From: Methanococcoides sp.
GTDB taxonomy: Archaea > Halobacteriota > Methanosarcinia > Methanosarcinales > Methanosarcinaceae
Direction of reading: 5' to 3'
Assembly: GCA_021108275.1 (NCBI GenBank)
Contig: JAIORD010000024.1
Location: 61,172-101,171 of the forward strand
DNA length: 40,000 bases
Below, in pieces: positions 38,180 to 40,000 of the stretch; the stretch's first letter is position 1, and every line of letters starts with the position of its first letter. The notes beneath the pieces are model-generated. The model was given only the letters and a program-made list of their open reading frames with translations. It ran no database searches and had not been told where the DNA came from. The position numbers and the translations under genes are program-made.

Positions 38180-40000
38180 TTAAATATCCCCACCTACAAA
38201 GAGAGGTGTTACCTTTGATATCATTTCTGGTGAGCCCATGAGTACAAGCACATCGCCTGATCTCAGAACGAGATCTGCATCAGGATTCGCTATGATACCC
38301 GAACTTCTCCTGATAGCAAGCAAGGTGACACTGTACTTTTTCCTGAGATCAAGCTGTAATAGGTTCTTGCCAACTGCAAAGGAGGATGTTCGCACTCTCA
38401 GGTTGGTAATATCCATTTCCGGCAGATCGATCTCCATGTCATAGATGCTCATGGAACCTGACAGTGTCCTGAACATCTCATATCCATCTGAACGGATCTC
38501 CGAGATGAACTTCTCGATCTCGTCCTTGGGAATGAGGTACCTCTTCATCAAACGCACGAATATTTCTATAGAGGTCTCAAATTCTTCAGGTATCACCTCG
38601 TTGGCACCCAGCTCATAAAGCGGCTCCATTTCCTGAAGATACTGGGTACGTGCGATAATATGGATATTGGGATTCATCTTACGTGCCAATGAAATGGCCC
38701 TTCTTGTACCTGCAGGGTCAGAGATACAAACGACCATTACTCTCGCATCTTTGATATCCGCATGCTCCAGAACACCCTGCTGGGAAGAATCACCATAATA
38801 GATGAGCTCACCTTTTAGCTGCTCCTTCCTGACCGTTTCAGGGTTCGTGTCAAGGATAAGATAAGGAATGCCTGCAACCGTTGCAGCTTTTGCAACTGTC
38901 CTGCCGTTAAAACCAAATCCTGCAATGATAAGATGGTCTTCCAGATGGTCCTTCTTGTCAAGTACCGGCATCATTTTACGGGAGTGGAAACCACATTTCA
39001 TTTTAGAGGGAATTGGAAGGTTCACAACTTTGTCCGCAACTTTCGGGGATATAGACATCACAGATGATGTGACTGCCATAGTAAGAATAGAGACCACAAG
39101 GAAAAGCTGATAGACATCATCGGTGAGCAGCCCAAACTCCACACCGAACGTGGAGAGAACGAAGGAGAACTCACCTACTTGTGCAAGACCAAGTCCTGCC
39201 ATTACAGCCGTATGCAAAGGGAAACCAAGCAAATACGAAGACATTCCTGCAATTACCGATTTGAGCATTAATACACAGACTGCGACTAGTATGAACAGAA
39301 AAGGATCATTGAAGAAATAACCAAGGTCAAGCAGCATCCCTATGGATATGAAAAAGAAGCTCATGAAAATATCACGGAATGGAATGAGGTTACTCAGTGC
39401 CTGATGACTATATTCAGATTCGGAGATGATAAGCCCTGCAAGGAATGCCCCCAGAGCAAGGGAGAGACCCAGACTCGATGTTAACCATGCGACAGAAAGG
39501 CAAATGACGATTATACTGAGAAAGAACAGTTCGGGATCCCTTGTCTTTGTTATCTGGAAAAGTACTTGTGGAACGATCCATTTTGCACTTGCAAAAACAA
39601 GAAGGATCAAGCCAAGCCCTTTTGCGATGATAGGAATAAAAGCAGCATCCGACATGGAGCCAGCACCTGCAAGGAATGGAGTGATAAGTATCATTGGTAC
39701 GACAATGACATCCTGATACAATAGAACTGCAAGTGAAAAACGACCGTGAGGTGCCTGAAGTTCCCCACGTTTCTGCAACAATTTGAGCACGATGGCAGTA
39801 CTGCTCAGAGAGAAAAGGAAGCCAATGAAGATCGATTCGCCTATCCCGTATCCAAGGTAGTTGGCAATGAAAAAGACAGCAATAATTGTAAGAAGGACCT
39901 GAATAGAGCCTCCGAATACAACCGCTCTTTTGATCTTCCAGAGATCTTTAATGGACAACTCCACACCGATAGTGAACAAAAGAAGGACGATGCCCATCTC
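38180..40000 (-). CDS. CPA2 cation:proton antiporter (Kef-type) with TrkA-N and TrkA-C (RCK) domains; N-terminus beyond the window
   Basis: Multi-TM Na+/H+-exchanger-type region, then a Rossmann segment IIAGFGFNGRTVA and a C-terminal RCK_C region. The first listed residues correspond to an internal TM helix, so the gene probably starts outside the window. Confidence 0.8.
   Translation of the reverse strand, partial: EMGIVLLLFTIGVELSIKDLWKIKRAVVFGGSIQVLLTIIAVFFIANYLGYGIGESIFIGFLFSLSSTAIVLKLLQKRGELQAPHGRFSLAVLLYQDVIVVPMILITPFLAGAGSMSDAAFIPIIAKGLGLILLVFASAKWIVPQVLFQITKTRDPELFFLSIIVICLSVAWLTSSLGLSLALGAFLAGLIISESEYSHQALSNLIPFRDIFMSFFFISIGMLLDLGYFFNDPFLFILVAVCVLMLKSVIAGMSSYLLGFPLHTAVMAGLGLAQVGEFSFVLSTFGVEFGLLTDDVYQLFLVVSILTMAVTSSVMSISPKVADKVVNLPIPSKMKCGFHSRKMMPVLDKKDHLEDHLIIAGFGFNGRTVAKAATVAGIPYLILDTNPETVRKEQLKGELIYYGDSSQQGVLEHADIKDARVMVVCISDPAGTRRAISLARKMNPNIHIIARTQYLQEMEPLYELGANEVIPEEFETSIEIFVRLMKRYLIPKDEIEKFISEIRSDGYEMFRTLSGSMSIYDMEIDLPEMDITNLRVRTSSFAVGKNLLQLDLRKKYSVTLLAIRRSSGIIANPDADLVLRSGDVLVLMGSPEMISKVTPLFVGGDI

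Overview
The window looks like chromosome from a methylotrophic methanogen of the Methanosarcinales. That assignment is an inference from gene content: SepCysS, Fae, cysteate synthase with ComDE, many PAS histidine kinases, about 40% GC. Positions 1-4500 and 21600-40000 hold ordinary host genes, including an archaeal Dph2/Csl4/RpoL cluster, a coenzyme M biosynthesis cluster and a four-gene EgtD/rhodanese/SufS/SufE operon. Positions 4555-21509 form a roughly 17 kb layered mobile-element island around a tRNA-Gly(CCC) gene. (1) An integrated element at 4555-10954 is bracketed by a 42-bp direct repeat equal to the 5' half of the tRNA. Its tyrosine integrase gene is split SSV-style into N and C parts at the two att sites. 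(2) A complete 8.6 kb casposon lies at 11082-19664. It carries a Cas1 casposase, HNH nuclease, family-B DNA polymerase, RHH/HTH proteins and a TPR cargo gene. It has 36-bp terminal inverted repeats and a 20-bp flanking direct repeat, and no cas2 or CRISPR array is present. (3) Casposon debris is scattered through the island: two extra Cas1 C-terminal fragments and one PolB C-terminal fragment. (4) An orphan 456-aa protein with a C-terminal HEPN-type Rx4H motif sits between the casposon end and the PolB fragment. The casposon, a Cas1-based self-synthesizing transposon, is the standout system. The class has been in the literature since 2014, but this copy, its cargo, its target site and the surrounding debris merit attention. 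All calls rest on reading the supplied ORF translations and the nucleotide sequence. No database searches were run.
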